Numbered from the whole stretch's first letter, positions 21,289 to 35,620 are shown. The stretch is 58,374 nucleotides of DNA, filler included, from Dugesia japonica (GCA_001938525.1; 5 parts of 5 records of this genome joined end to end with filler, not necessarily neighbours in it); one strand, 5' to 3'. Numbers and translations are program-made. Notes: generated by a model not told the origin, from the sequence alone.

Positions 21289-23700
21289 AGTAGGAGGATA
21301 CTAGCGCACGATACCACCATGTGTGCGAACCCCCCCCCATTAATGATGTAATTTGTGCGATTATCTGTAATTTGATTGTTTAATCTATGATGTAATTACA
21401 TCANCGGAAATTTATCCATCAATTAAATTTATTATGTAATTTTTAATTTTTAATTTTTTCAGGCTTTTTAGGCGGTAAAAAAATTTTCCTGCGGTTTTAG
21501 TTGGCAAAAAATTTTCCTGCGGTTTTAGTTGGCAAGAAATTTTCAAGGCTTTTTAAGCAGCAATTTTAGGATTTTTAAGCTGGAGTATTTTTTAGGCTTT
21601 TTAGGTGGCAAAAATTTTTTCAAGTTTTTTTTAGGTTTGGAATTTATTCGGTGAAATCGAATGAGGTCAATTTTTGATTGGTTCAGGTGAATTTGGTTGA
21701 CAATTTGCTCAGTGAGGTCGAATGAGGTCAATTTTCGGTTGGTTCAGGTGAATTTAGTCCAACATTTCCTCGGGATTGCTCGGTTAGGATAATTTTTTTT
21801 TGGGTGATTTGGTCGAATATTTTCTCGGGATCGAGCGGTTTGGGTAATTTTTGTGTGATTTGGTCAATTATTTTCTTAGTAATGGTTAATTTGGTTCATT
21901 TTTGTGCGATTTGGATGAAATTTCCCTCGGGAATAGTCAATTTGGGTCAGTTTTTGTACAATTTGGTCAATTATTTACTCGGTTTGGGTAATGTTGGTCA
22001 ATTAATTACTAGATATGGACGAACTTGGTTAATTATTTGCTCACAAGGGTAATTTTTAGGTGAATTTGGTCAATTATTTCCTTGGTAATGGTTAACTTGA
22101 TTAATTTTTTGGGTGAATTTGGTTAATTATTTAATCGGGATTGATTAGTTAGGGTAATTTTAGGGAAATTCGGTCAATTTGGGTCAGTTTTGGACGATTT
22201 GGTCAAATATTTGCTCACAGTGGTCAGATTTTGGTTGACAGTGCTCAGATTTTGGATGATTCGGTCAATTATTTTCTCAGTATGGATAAACTTAGTGGTT
22301 GGTTTTCGGTGGTTTTTGGAAAATGGTCAATTATTTGCTCACAAGGGTAATTTTTAGGTGAATTCGATCAATTATTTCCTCGGGTATGGTTAATTTGGGT
22401 CAGTTTAGGACAATTTTGTCAATTGTTTACCAAGTTTAGGTAATATTGGTTAATTACTTACTCACAAGGGACAGTTTAAGGTGAATTTGAGTGATCATTT
22501 TCTCGGGTTTAGTCAGCTTTGGTTGAATTTTAAGGAAATTCATTATTAAAGTCAAATTTGTTTAAATTTTAAAGTTTTTAAAAATTTTTAAGGGAATGTT
22601 TTATAGGAATTCTGGCAAACCTTTCATGTTGTTTAAATAATATTAAAATTTAAAATTTCTTGAATGAAATTTTCATGGGAGTCTGGGTGAACAGTCTAAA
22701 TTTTTGAAAAAATATGTTCTATATCTCAGATTTCATAGATTTTTATACCAAACTGCTGAGAATTTTACGGCGATCCTTTTACACAAACAAACATTTTTCG
22801 AAAACATTTTCCTTCTCAAATATGTTAAGAAAGTTTCTATTCGATAGAGAACGTTTCGTTGATTCCAAATATGTTAACCTAAAATNGCCAAAGTTAATAC
22901 TCGATGAAATAAATGGGATTTTGTGGTGAAAAATCTGAAATTTTAAATTTTTGTACTCAATTTTTTCTGTGAACATAACTCGTATGGTTTCAAATTTAGT
23001 ATTATTTCACTCAGGAGGTAAATGTGACTGTGCAAAGTTTAAATATCGTCTGGAGAAAAATGCTTCCTAACGAATATGTAAAACTGACCTCCCGGATTAT
23101 GGTAAGGAACCATCCATTAAGGACGTCCCTAAAAAATAGCACTTTTTGACATCCCCTCCCTCTTGCCACTTGTCCATTTCTAGGGCCCCCTGTTGTCCTT
23201 ATGTGCACCTTTGTGGAGACCCCCTCCCCCCATTCCGAGAAGACGTCCTTAATGGATGGTCCCTAAATTCTTCGAAAACATAACAAGTACCTCAAAATTT
23301 ATCGACTTCTATAGGAACTTTTACGATGAGTACGAATAACGCAGTTAAAAATCATCAAACCTCAAAGATAAAAAGTTATATTGAAAAAACAAGTACTTTA
23401 TTTAGAGTCACCAAGGAACATAAAAATATGATAATTTATTCGGTAAGGTCAATTTTGGGTAGTTTTTTAGATGAATTTAGATGAAATTTTACTCTTCACC
23501 TGTCATCAATTATCAGAACTCTTAACTAATGCTAAGACTTCAGAACTCTGAACTCTGTACACATAATGTTAATACTCTATACTCTGCCCACTAGATTTCA
23601 GTTATCAGTGCTCTGCTTACAGTACACTGATTTTTAGTTATCATTGGTGTTCTCACTTTTTACAAGTCTTTACTTTTGACTATCCCTTCAAATCGTCAGT
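21289..23700 (+). mobile_element. Polinton-like left terminus and long subterminal arm with degenerate tandem repeats
   Basis: Starts AGTAGGAGGATACTAGCGCA. TTGGTCAATTATTT-type repeat array at 21650-22500. Inverted homology to about 29750-31689. Confidence 0.55.
23106..23263. mobile_element. PIF/Harbinger-type MITE (158 bp)
   Basis: 22-bp TIRs GG(A/G)ACCATCCATTAAGGACGTC with one mismatch, flanked by TAA target duplication. Confidence 0.85.
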
Positions 23701-26700
23701 TGAAAGAGAAATAAAAAGTACTATGAGAAAGGGTGATTGATAGTCAACGTCACGTGCTCACTGTAAAGCAAAACATTAGAATGTTACTAGAAATAATCAA
23801 GAATTACACTGGAATGGAAGCATAAGTCTTGACCAATGCAAGAACTCTTTGGAAAAAGTATCACCGAAAAACAAAGACTTACACCATGATTAAAATAACT
23901 GAAGACGACATTTTTGGTACATGATTCGTTTTAAAATAAATATTTAAAGTAAAATGACTAGTCTTCTTTTTCTTGAAATAGTGAATCTGAGCAATAACAT
24001 CAAGACAGTTTTTCAAAGACGGGTTACCGGAAAGANCCGTATGAGCTTGAATAGATGGGAATAATTTACGAGACACTGTCAAATTCTTGCCGGCTTCGGG
24101 GTATCTACTCTTAGAAGATCAAGTGATGAAGACAGAAGAAATAGATTCCATATAAGAGTTAAAATAAAACATTGGAACCCAAAAGTTCGACCCAAAAAAT
24201 AACAATAAATATGATAAACCATCAAAAAACATGAAATATATCTTTTTATTAAAATTCCCTATGGTGTGGGACTTTTGTGACACACTGTATATATAGTGTG
24301 TATTATATACAAAAAAATTTAAAAATTTGAGATTTCAAATATTTAAATAAACTTGACAACCGACCAAGAATATTTATCTCAACATTTATTAATTTACTTT
24401 ATATAAAATATTTATAAACGCGAGAATATTTGCTATCTCAATCACTACAGAATATTTATCTTAATAACTTTTGTTACTTTAATTTCTACATGTCTTATAA
24501 ACGAAATGATAGTCGTTTTCCCAAATACAGCATAGTACTTTGCATTTGAAATTCTAGAGAAGATTTATTATCGCGAGAATTTCACTAGCCCCAATACTAT
24601 AAATTATTTATCAGAAGAACATTTATAATTTTGAAGATTTACTAATCCTTTAAGTGAGGTAGTCGCATTATTGAGATGTCTATATATAATATTACTTGTA
24701 AAGGTGCAATTAAATGTCAAATTTTAAATAAAATTAATAAGAGAGTTTGTAGATGATATGACTACTTGCTGCTGCTTGCTATCAGCCGAGAAAAATAAAA
24801 CAATACAAATATCGTCTGCCAATTTCATATAGCTGAAATATAATCATTGTTTTTGTAAGTCGTCATTCTTGTGTAGCCTTCATTTCTATGCTGTTGTTTA
24901 TTACTAATATTTTTGATGGCGAAGTGTCAAATATTATATACGTTAAATGAGACAATTGGTGCAAGTTAATAACGGAATCTTGACGCGAATCTTATATTAT
25001 TACCTCAGTCAAAAAAGTTTAGAAGATCAAAAAGGATCATGGCAAATTATGGTGACGAAGAAAAGGAATGGTTAGAGAAAACATGTTTTGATGATATGAA
25101 ACCCGAATATGATATTGATACGGATATTGAATATACTGATGATGAATATGAAGATCAATATGTATCAGAGAAAAGTAATAGTTATTTGAACTGAATCAAT
25201 CAATTAATTATTGATTTTAGAAATGGTTCTTGAGATATTGAACGATCCCTTCCCAAATATTAAAAATATTATGTATACTGGCAACAAAAGTATACTGGCA
25301 CAAAATCTAATTGTATACAGGAGTTAATATTGATTAATTGTTAAAAATATACTCAGACGAATAATTCAATTCTTCTAATACATATGACTGCTAAGCACGA
25401 TTAAGACTTGAATGGATTGTCCAACGTTTAATTAAATAAATATTAATCATTACTTTATTGTTTTGACATTATTATATATTTGGTATTTAATGTTTACTTT
25501 TATCTAAGTATCAAACTTAGTGATTAATATTCCTCGGTAGTGTTACTTGATTCTCCATAATATTTATATGATTTATAGCTCTTAATCGAATTAAAATTTT
25601 AATGTTTATCACTGTTGACCCATTTTTTACCTATTTCCCCTTCATTTATCATAAGTTTCCCCATTTTAGTGTCATTTTACCCATTTTCATACTTTACCCT
25701 ATTTTACCATGTTTTGCTCATTTTTACACTATTTTGCCCGATTTTGCCATATTTTCTTCATATTTATGTATTAAGTTTTGAATATCAATAATGACATATG
25801 GTTTATTTTATTGATTTATTACGTAATATTACAAGCCTTTGTTAATAACTAAGTGCTTAATTTATTGGATGATTCTGTAATATAACAAACCTTTATTAAT
25901 AACTCACGGTTTAATTTATTGGATAAAAGATTGATTCCTTTATAATTTTAGCACAATATAGGTTTCAACATGAAAAAAAATAGTTTTGTTGGGCTGCAAC
26001 AGCTAATTTAGAAAATAATTTTGAGTAATACTGAGAAAATTAGAGATAAAGAACCCGGAATGCGTTAGAAAGGATATTAAAATCGAAAATGAAAAGAAAT
26101 GAAATAGGATAGAAATAAACATTAATAAATCATTAATGAATTAATTGGTAAATAATAAAAATAAATATTATTAAACGAACTTACAAAATGAAACCGAAAT
26201 TAGAAAACGAGAAGTGATATAATAATTCAGAATAAAACAAAATNNNNNNNNNNNNNNNNNNNNNNNNNNNNNNNNNNNNNNNNNNNNNAAATAATTATTA
26301 AAACCAATAAATAATTAAATAAAATGATCGTAAGAAAATGTTAAGTCGGTAATCATGATAATAGATGCCCCAGAAAGATCGGCACACAAAGATAAAGATG
26401 TGAAAATGCAGAAGTGATTAATGTTAGAAGAATTAAATAAATTAAGGGTGAACAAATGGTTAAATTAAACTGATGACAGAAGAATTAAATCAAAGATGAA
26501 TAAATTGCTGAAATAAAATGTTAAAGAAAAGTGAATAAATAATAATGCTCAAGAAAACAATATAAATGGAATTAAAGCTCAGAAACCATAGCAATAAAAG
26601 TCAGAAATAAAAGGGTTTAAATTAAATAATAATTGATCGAATTGAAGAACTGAACGAAATGTCAAATGAAAAAGAATATATATTATTATTTATAATTTAG

Positions 26701-29082
26701 ATAATTGTTATACGAGTATAGATATAAAGAAATAATTATTATAATATAATAAAATAATTAAGTTAAGAAAGTATAGTTAAAACAAAAGTATTTTTATTAA
26801 AAGATTTTATTAAAATTGAACGGAAAATGTAGAAAAGAAATTTGTAATAAATTAGTATCATTATTATAATAAAAAATGTTAATAAAATTATTATAATATA
26901 AGTAGAAAAGATCATATTAGTAAAATAAAGTATTAAATATTTAAAATTTAAAAATATTATAACCTTGTAATTAATTTTATTATTATTAGTTAAATATTAT
27001 TATTTGTAAAGAAGGGATCGGAATATTGAGAAGAAAGTGATATATAGTGAAAAGGATTAAAAATTAAATTGGAATTAAATATTTGTAGTGAATTATTTAT
27101 ATATATTTATGGAAATATCGGTAATTATATCGGAAAAACAGAGTTTCCAAAATTATTATTTTAAGCGATAAATATTATTAAATTTATTATTATTCGACAA
27201 ATATAATTAAATTTGTTGAAAGAAGTAGAGTTTTGTAATAAAAATTATATGTAAAGAAAAAGAAAGGAATTTTAAATTATAATTAAATATTAATATTAAA
27301 TTTATTTATAAAGGATCATGTAATTATGCATATTTATAAGTGGAATGCAAAGATTCCAAAATTATTATTATCAATAATATATTATTTTTTGATTCGTGCA
27401 GTGCACATTTGAACAAGCAAGTAATTGTTGACATTTACAATTGTCTATGAAATGAAAATTATGTGTGTCGGGTGAGCACTGCACATTGTAATAGAAGATG
27501 AAAATTATATGTGTATCGGATGAGCACCGAGAAACACTGTAACATCTAAAAATCTATGATGCCGATTGAGTACCGGTAATCATATGTGAAAATAAAATTG
27601 TATACAAAAGAGCGAGAATCAAATGAAAAAATAATCATGACTAAATAGTCATTTATGTAGAATCTGCAGATGAGCACCGCACGATTCTGTAAATATTGAA
27701 GTGGACACCAACCCAGCTGTCAAAAAGTGACGATAAAAAATTAGTATAAAAGCATTGTGAAAATTACAATAAATCCAATCTCTTAAAAATTGCAACGATA
27801 ACTCTTGCTAATTTATTGTTAAAAATTGCAAGTAGTATTTACGACAATTTATCAGGAAACGGAAAGTAATTTTACTTTTTATTTATAAAATTTTATGATC
27901 GGAAGACTGGAACGATGTTTATCATTGACTAGAAACGCTGGCAACGATGGGTATCAGTGCTCAAAGATCCGATTAATGCGAGATTATTCACCATTGATTA
28001 TAAATATGTTATGAGAGTTAAGAAAGATGTTAATGAATAAAAGATGATATTATGTTAGCAAGGTTGATAGATGTTATGAGAGTTGTTGATAGTATAAAAG
28101 AGATGTTGATGGTTAATACGAAAGGAATGTTGGTCAATGAGAATAATTATTGGATAGATGTAGTGTTCATGATAATGATGTCGACAAACGTTAATAGAGG
28201 TGTGAGGATGGATAATGTTGCTGGTCGATAATGAGATGCGATTTAAAATGAAATGAGATGAATGAATTAGATTGTTGAATCCTAGAATTAAATAAGACTC
28301 GGTTTACTGATAAATATGGATACGTTGTGGTTGAATTCTATCTTTTATATTAACTTCTATATTTTTTTGTTGTTTTTTATTTTTAGCAAATTTTCAGCAT
28401 TTATCCTTATTTAACCTACTTACTCTTATTTAGCTATATTTTCCCTTATTTTCAAATCTTTACCTCTATTTAGCCATATTTTTTCTCTAATTTCTATTGG
28501 ATCTTAATCTTTAAAGAATGACATAGAGATAAAAGACAATAAGACTTAGTGATAGTGAATAAGAGTTGATATGACATGCTTCTTACTTAAAATAATTTAA
28601 CTATTTCAGTATATTTTCATCATCTGATTATCCTTCTGCCTCTTTGCTTGCTCATTGGTTTTATGGGTTTTGTTTTTCTATAGATATTCAATATTCAGAT
28701 GCATTGTTAGAAAATAAGGGTTTAACATGGAAAATACGGGTCTCATCCTTAAAAATATCTGATTTGTCATTAAAAATATTGATTTCAGCATTGAAATTAC
28801 GGGTGTAATGGAGAATACATATTTAATGGCAAATGTTGGTTTTATCATGAAAATATCGGTTTTAACAAGAAAATAATGAATCTAATGCAATTGAGACCAA
28901 GAAAGAGTAAAATAGTATTATCTACTTTTGTTGAAGGCATAAAATTTTGTNTGAAATTTACTCGAACCTTTTTCAAATCATTGAAAATTTACTAGAACTT
29001 TTCTAAAATCAAAAATCCTGTGTAAAAGAATAGGAAAATAATTCTAAAATTTACATGAACCTTTCTGTAATAATGATTCTAA

Positions 29083-29398
29083 TACTGTCAATATTCGTAC
29101 CGTGATAATACATTCATATAATTACTTAGTAAAAAATTGATTTATGTTAATACTCTTGAGGAAAGTATCTAAATATACACAATACTCGCTTTCAACACCT
29201 CTTGACATATACAATACTCGTTATCATCATTTATCTATTATACTGTCAATATTCATACCCTGATAATACATTCATATAATTACTTATTAAAAAATTGATT
29301 TATGTTAATACTCTTGAGGAAAGTGTCTAAATATACACAATACTCGCTTTCAACCGCTCTTCACATATACAATACTCGTTATCATCATTTATCTATTG
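29083..29398. repeat. Tandem duplication, 158-bp unit x2
   Basis: Units start TACTGTCAATATTC at 29083 and 29241 and differ by a few substitutions. Confidence 0.9.
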
Positions 29399-29749
29399 AT
29401 TATTCAGTTAATGGTTTAATTTTTTCAACGCTTATTCCATATAATCAGCTTTATAATTCACGCTGAATATATACCTTACAACCAATAACTGCTTAATTAT
29501 TCACATATTTTCATCTTAATATAAAAGATTACTTTGAAAATAGACCTTCTAATGTGTTTTATTAACCAATTAATCATCTACTTGGAACATATAAATTTAT
29601 TCAATCATTAAAGTTCTAATCAATTATTGATGAACTTATTATTAACCTTTCAAATAGAAATTCCTCAAATAAAAATTTTTTCAATCAAGGTAAAATAATT
29701 AATGAAAAATGTATGAGGTTTAAAAATTAATTAAACAGTACATTCACTA

Positions 29750-31689
29750 TTAGTGAAGAGAAAAAACATGCAAATAGCAGAAGAAAACCAGTGCACAGTG
29801 AGCAGAACATTGATGAATGAGGACTAGTAAACAGTGAGAAAACCAATAAGTGATACAAAATATCATTGAATAGTAAATCATTACCTAAGAGTCAAAAAGT
29901 AGATATGATTCAATATTGATTTTGACAGCGACCACCTAATTTTGACATTAATATTAGGAATTATCCAATATTTAATATTACTAGAAAACAACCTATACAA
30001 AATACTTGCTTTTTGGTTTATTTCATTAAGGATAACGTTTGACGATTATTATACTAATATTAATAAAGTTTATGTTTGTTTAATTGCATCAAAATTATTA
30101 AAAATCATGTGTTTAGAAAAATGATATATTCAGGCAAATGTTATGATGAAGATTGAAAATAATTGTATGATGAAAATTAAATCCGGTTAATTTTATTTAA
30201 TTAAAATTTTAATTGATTTTTGTAATGTGTTACTTATGATTTTAATTTAGATTTAGAGTCAAATAATAGGACTAATGATCCAAATCTCACGAATCGTGTT
30301 AATATGATGAACAATGACTTGAATAATTCGAATAATGCTCCAGATGTTATGAATTATAATGGAAAATGATACCAATTTCATGACACAAGCGTCAAATTAT
30401 ATGAATTTTGCTCCAGGTTTTAAGAATTATATAACAAATGTAATGAAATCAGGTAGGATTTATCGATTTTATTAAATGTTCGCTTTTTATTTTAATTATT
30501 ATTAAAAATATATGCTTTTCACATAATTTAACTGGTGAAATTTAAATTTATGACTTTAATTATGATTTTTATTGCTTCATTTACGATTAATTAAGTAATT
30601 ATGAATTAAATTTTTGATGATTAGTTTAAATACAATTAATTTATTACAAATTTAATGTTATCAATTTAATTTTCATATGATAACTTATAAATTTATGTGT
30701 TTACTTTGAATTTTAATCCATATCTGTTATGTACAACAAGGAAATTAAGCGCCAAAATTCAAAATTTACAATTTTTCGTGATAAAACCAATTGTATTTCA
30801 TTCCGTATAAACTTAAGTGATTTTAGGTTATATATTTGGACTCGGCGGAAAATTCTCTATCTAATAAGCTTGGTTGTTTCATGAAAAGATGAGAAAAATT
30901 TCGATTGAATTCTGTATCGATTGATGTAAAAATCTCGACAAAACGATTTTTCAAAAATTTTCGAACTTTGGTATGTTCATCCGGATTCCATAAAAAATTT
31001 GATTTAAAAATTTAAAAATCTGAAAATTTAAACAAAGATAACCTAATTACACCAATTTACCACAAAAATTTAAAATATCTTTAAAAAACTTGAAAATTTA
31101 AACAAAATTTGACTTATTCCATGAATTTCCGTAAAAATTCAACAAAAACTGACCAGGTCGAGGAAATTATCACTCAAATTAACCCAAAACTAACCTTTGT
31201 GCGTTGACAAAATCTACCAAAAATTAACCCAAGCTACCCATTATATGCCAGATTCGACCTCAACGAACTAATTCAGAGTAAATTATCACCCAAAAATCAT
31301 TTNNNNNNNNNNNNNNNNNNNNNNNNNNNNNNNNNNNNNNNNNNNNNNNNNNNNNNNNNNNNNNNNNNNNNNNNNNNNNNNNNNNNNNNNNNNNNNNNNN
31401 NNNNNNNNNNNNNNNNCAACCAAAACCTTTGAAAAAGTTTGGACTATATATAAAATTAAACCCATTAAGTAAAAAATTGTATGAAAAATCGTAGCTCATT
31501 TACGTAATTATTATAGAAATTGCACAAAAATTTTCTCCCAACTAAATACACGGGAAAATCGTAGCTCACTTACGTAATATTACCTAATATGATGTCATTT
31601 TTAATTCCCAACTAAATACATTAGAATTAAGTTTCATTACATCACTATTCCTAAGGAGAGGTTATACAATGCGCTACTATCTATATACT
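29750..31689 (-). mobile_element. Polinton-like right arm and terminus
   Basis: Ends CAATGCGCTACTATCTATATACT (reverse complement AGTATATAGATAGTAGCGCATTG). 30760-31200 is an inverted, diverged homologue of 22460-22960. Confidence 0.55.
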
Positions 31690-32470
31690 GCTGATAGCTC
31701 AGTAAATTTTACAATATATACAATATGCGAAACGAAAAATTTGTTATTATTTAAGCTAATTATAATCGGATGTATATGTGAAGCATATGGTCAGAAGATA
31801 AGTATTGAAAATACCACTACCGATATAAAATTTATGAACAAGGTAAATATTTATACTACATGTGGTACAATTATAGGATATTTTAATGTTTACCCAGATG
31901 AAATTTGTTTACTTCAAGCGTCAGTACTTAACAAACTTAAAGAAATGCATTATAGAAATAAAAAAGTAATTTTTCGGAATCTGAAAGCAAACAGCGAATC
32001 TAAATTTAAAGTCAATCATATCATGATAGACAGCGATAATAAATTTGTTATAAATCAAATAACAATAAATGTTTGGACAAAAGTAATCCAAAGTTTTGTA
32101 GAAATAGAGAAATTAGAAGAAATTTACATCTTCTGGATACGAATGAAATATATTAAAGTCAATAGGGGATTTTATGGAATTAATTCAGTAATGGTGGGTA
32201 CCTTAAACGGTTTGTGGGATATAAAACCTGACACGATATGTTGAATATCCTATAATAATTACATATCTTGAAAGATCTACTGATAACAATAAAGATATAC
32301 TGATGGACTGCACTTTTAACAAATAAACGCACTATACAGTTAGTTAATGAAATTAATAAAGTTACAGTTGAAGTCACCAACTATGCTATTAAATTGTACC
32401 GCAATGCTGATAAAAATAAACGAGTGGTCGTGATTTTTAATTCAAAAAATCAAAACAAAGCAATAGTGTG
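31690..32470 (+). pseudogene. Possible OB-fold (RPA/SSB-like) protein remnant
   Basis: Beta-rich ORF 31669-32244 continues after disruption as ILKDLLITIKIY*W...VTVEVTNYAIKLY, resembling the D-x4-I-x3-W OB-fold pattern. Confidence 0.3.
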
Positions 32471-32540
32471 AAAATAATCATTTGAAAATATTTGAAAAAA
32501 TATCAGCATAATTTGAAAATTTCTCCACTTAATAACTNTG

Positions 32541-32948
32541 TTGATTCATCCCAGCCATCACACTAATTTGAATCTTGACTCCAAATTTAATTATAATACT
32601 TCAACTGAAGATAAAAGCAATATTTACCCCAACACTAATTCCAATAAAACTAAATACTTGAATAATATAAATTCGAATGAAAATAGCTTTAAAAACAATC
32701 AATCTGGCTTCACCTTACATAATTCAAACTATAATTCTAATGATGATTTTTATTCTAATATTTATAATTCAAAAGGAGTTTCGAGTCCCAAAATTTATAA
32801 TGATACATTTAAACAAACGCCTAAAAAATTCGAAATGGCTAATAAATTCAATAATTTTGATAATTTTAATAATGATCAACAATCGGAATATGAATTTCAA
32901 GATTTAATTCAAGCGAAATCTAAGACAGTAGCAACCATATATGGTTAA
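32541..32948 (+). CDS. Asn/Ser-rich low-complexity ORF, possibly continuing the preceding gene
   Basis: 135-codon open frame with biased composition and no motif. Confidence 0.3.
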   Translation: MIHPSHHTNLNLDSKFNYNTSTEDKSNIYPNTNSNKTKYLNNINSNENSFKNNQSGFTLHNSNYNSNDDFYSNIYNSKGVSSPKIYNDTFKQTPKKFEMANKFNNFDNFNNDQQSEYEFQDLIQAKSKTVATIYG

Positions 32949-34575
32949 CAATAAATATATACCTATAATGATTTATACATGATTTATATATACCTATAAT
33001 GATACTCCTCGTAATTTTTTAATAATGCCATGAAAATAATTCAAAGACAATTATCGTGCGTGATGGTTATGCAAATAACTCTTCTTATTTCAAAAAATAA
33101 TGGGATCTCTATGAAAAACAATTATCGATTTATTACTACATCGCAAAACTACTACGAATTATACAGCTGAATAATCAGTTTTCAATCAATTCTTCATTCC
33201 CTTTGCTATAATGACATCGTCTGGAACTATTTTAATGATTCTTATATTTCAAACTTGTATCGAATTGTGAAATCAAATATGATCGCATGATGATGCAGAT
33301 TACTAGACAGCATATTATGATCACTCAAGTTTGATAATTCCATTGATAATATTTACTTATAACATGCACTTATTTAATTATTAATTTTGTTATTGAAAAT
33401 ATTTAAGATTTATCACATTATTCTATGATTAGTGTGTAATTACATTCATAATTTGAATCATTGAAGTATAACTTTAGCACATCTTATGAGATAAGCTATA
33501 CTGAAATCTTATGGGGATAGGAAAAATTCAAAATTTAAGCTATAAATAAAGTTGTTTTTAGTTTTTGATAATAATTCTATATTTCGACTTTGTCTTCTTC
33601 GGGAATTGAATTTTTAATATTGATATAGGTTTATTTTAAAANNNNNNNNNNNNNNNNNNNNNNNNNNNNNNNNNNNNNNNNNNNNNNNNNNNNNNNNNNN
33701 NNNNNNNNNNNNNNNNNNNNNNNNNNNNNNNNNNNNNNNNNNNNNNNNNNNNNNNNNNNNNNNNNNNNNNNNNNNNNNNNNNNNNNNNNNNNNNNNNNNN
33801 NNNNNNNNNNNNNNNNNNNNNNNNNNNNNNNNNNNNNNNNNNNNNNNNNNNNNNNNNNNNNNNNNNNNNNNNNNNNNNNNNNNNNNNNNNNNNNNNNNNN
33901 NNNATTTTTCTAAGTATATATGGATAATTCTCAAGTCTTGGTATAGTAATTAATAGTAATATCGATTTTTTTGAAATTTTAAAATGTATTATTGTTAAAT
34001 ATTTTTATGTACTACAAAGTCTTATAATAATTTTTAAATATTATTAATGTTGTCAAAATATATTACTGATTCTATAGTCATGTTTAAAAAAACAACAGAT
34101 ATTCATTATTAAAAACTATTATCAAAGTTTTATATATTAAAAATATCATCAAAATTCATATAAACGAAAATAAAGTTTTTAAAAATTAATATTACTCTCA
34201 TAAATGAAGTATTAGGATTCACAAAAGAAGATCAATCAAATTCATTCATTAATGACGATGATAGGAAAATCTCTTTAGATGTTAAATTCAGGGAACCCAG
34301 AACATACTTTGGATATTCAATCATTTTTTTAAAAAGACCAATTATTTTTNNNNNNNNNNNNNNNNNNNNNNNNNNNNNNNNNNNNNNNNNNNNTTAATTA
34401 ATTAANNNNNNNNNNNNNNNNNNNNNNNNNNNNNNNNNNNNNNNNNNNNTAAAATACTTTAATATCATAAAATAATCTTTTATAATTCTAATACTTTTAT
34501 CTTCACTTTTTTCAATAATATTTGACAGTTTCAGAAATAAATTTTAAAATAATATATATGTAATATATATAAAGA

Positions 34576-34731
34576 TTAAAAAATGTCAGACATTTGAAAT
34601 CCATGAATCGACCTTACAATATCAATCGAAATGTTCAATGATTCTGCAATTTCTTTGTTTGATCTTCCATCTTGAATCTGATTTTGAATCAGTGACACTA
34701 TCTCCTTTGTGATTATAGTCCTTTTCTTCAT
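34576..34731 (-). pseudogene. Helix-turn-helix fragment, probably a Tc1/IS630-type transposase N-terminus
   Basis: MKKRTIITKEIVSLIQNQIQDGRSNKEIAESLNISIDIVRSI fits an HTH pattern. Confidence 0.5.
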
Positions 34732-34800
34732 TCTTTTGCCATCATTTTTTAAAATCCTGTATAAACGGTTGGCATATATCAAATTACAAATTTACTGTCA

Positions 34801-35335
34801 AACTTAGTGTAAATCCTTCGTCAAGTTTATAAATACAAGTTTATGTAATACAAAATAATACAAATAGATTACAANNNNNNNNNNNNNNNNNNNNNNNNNN
34901 NNNNNNNNNNNNNNNNNNNNNNNNACGAGATATAAACTTCATCAGTATGTGGAATTATCTTTTTAACTTTACCTGGATATTTACAAATTAATTCTTTAAA
35001 AAACAAATGATTATCGTAACCAGATGCATTGTGAAAATAAAAAGATATAAATAAAATTTTTATTGATTTATCTTGTAAATTACATTTTGAATGAGAATAT
35101 CTTCTTAATTCCCCATTGAAATGATAGTGATCTAAAACTAGATTTTCAGTTATTGGTTTGTCACAATATCCACATTTTAAGTGAGCTTTCTCACTTTCCT
35201 CAAGTTTCGGAACTTCACCTTAAAATCTTTCGATTAATTTATTTTCTTTAATATCTTGTGTAACTTAGTGTAAATCCTTCGTCAAGTTTATAAATACAAG
35301 TTTATGTAATACAAAATAATACAAATAGATTACAA
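34801..35335. repeat. 74-bp identical direct repeat (34801-34874 and 35262-35335)
   Basis: AACTTAGTGTAAATCCTTCGTCAAG...TAGATTACAA occurs twice. The first copy runs into a gap. Confidence 0.85.
34925..35260 (-). pseudogene. Protein-primed PolB fragment (second copy)
   Basis: GEVPKLEESEKAHLKCGYCDK...VLDHYHFNGELRRYSHSKCNL...FHNASGYDNHLFFKEL...KIIPHTDEVYIS aligns with 49335-49630. Confidence 0.88.
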
Positions 35336-35359
35336 TTGTAATATATAGATTATAGATTA

Positions 35360-35483
35360 TTCATTTAAAATAAAAGCTTCGATCAAAAATTTTTTTGATC
35401 GAACCTTTTATATTAAATGAACCCAAAAAACGATCAATGGTTACGTCTAACAATTATTCTCGCAATAATGTGCAATTGTAAAG
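35360..35483 (+). mobile_element. Double-hairpin mini-element, diverged copy 1
   Basis: 5' fold-back TTCATTTAAAATAAAAGCTTCGATCAAAAA/TTTTTGATCGAACCTTTTATATTAAATGAA. TSD TTATAGATTA (35350-35359 and 35484-35493). Confidence 0.75.
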
Positions 35484-35620
35484 TTATAGATTATATATGT
35501 AATAAATAAATTTATTTATAAATAAAAACACTTATATTTGCAATAAAAAAATTTATATTTGCAATAAAATAATTTATATTTGTAATAAAAAAATTTATAA
35601 TTTGGAATAACCCTGTATAT

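Noticed and set aside
21600-22550. CRISPR-like array (also considered for 1-430 and 5181-5320)
   Set aside because: Degenerate tandem repeats without constant repeats and unique spacers, no cas genes, eukaryotic context.
25987-28300. Degraded LTR-element gag/UTR (A-rich strand, Cys/His traces, TGAGCAC repeats)
   Set aside because: No intact zinc knuckle, boundary or TSD; too decayed to call.
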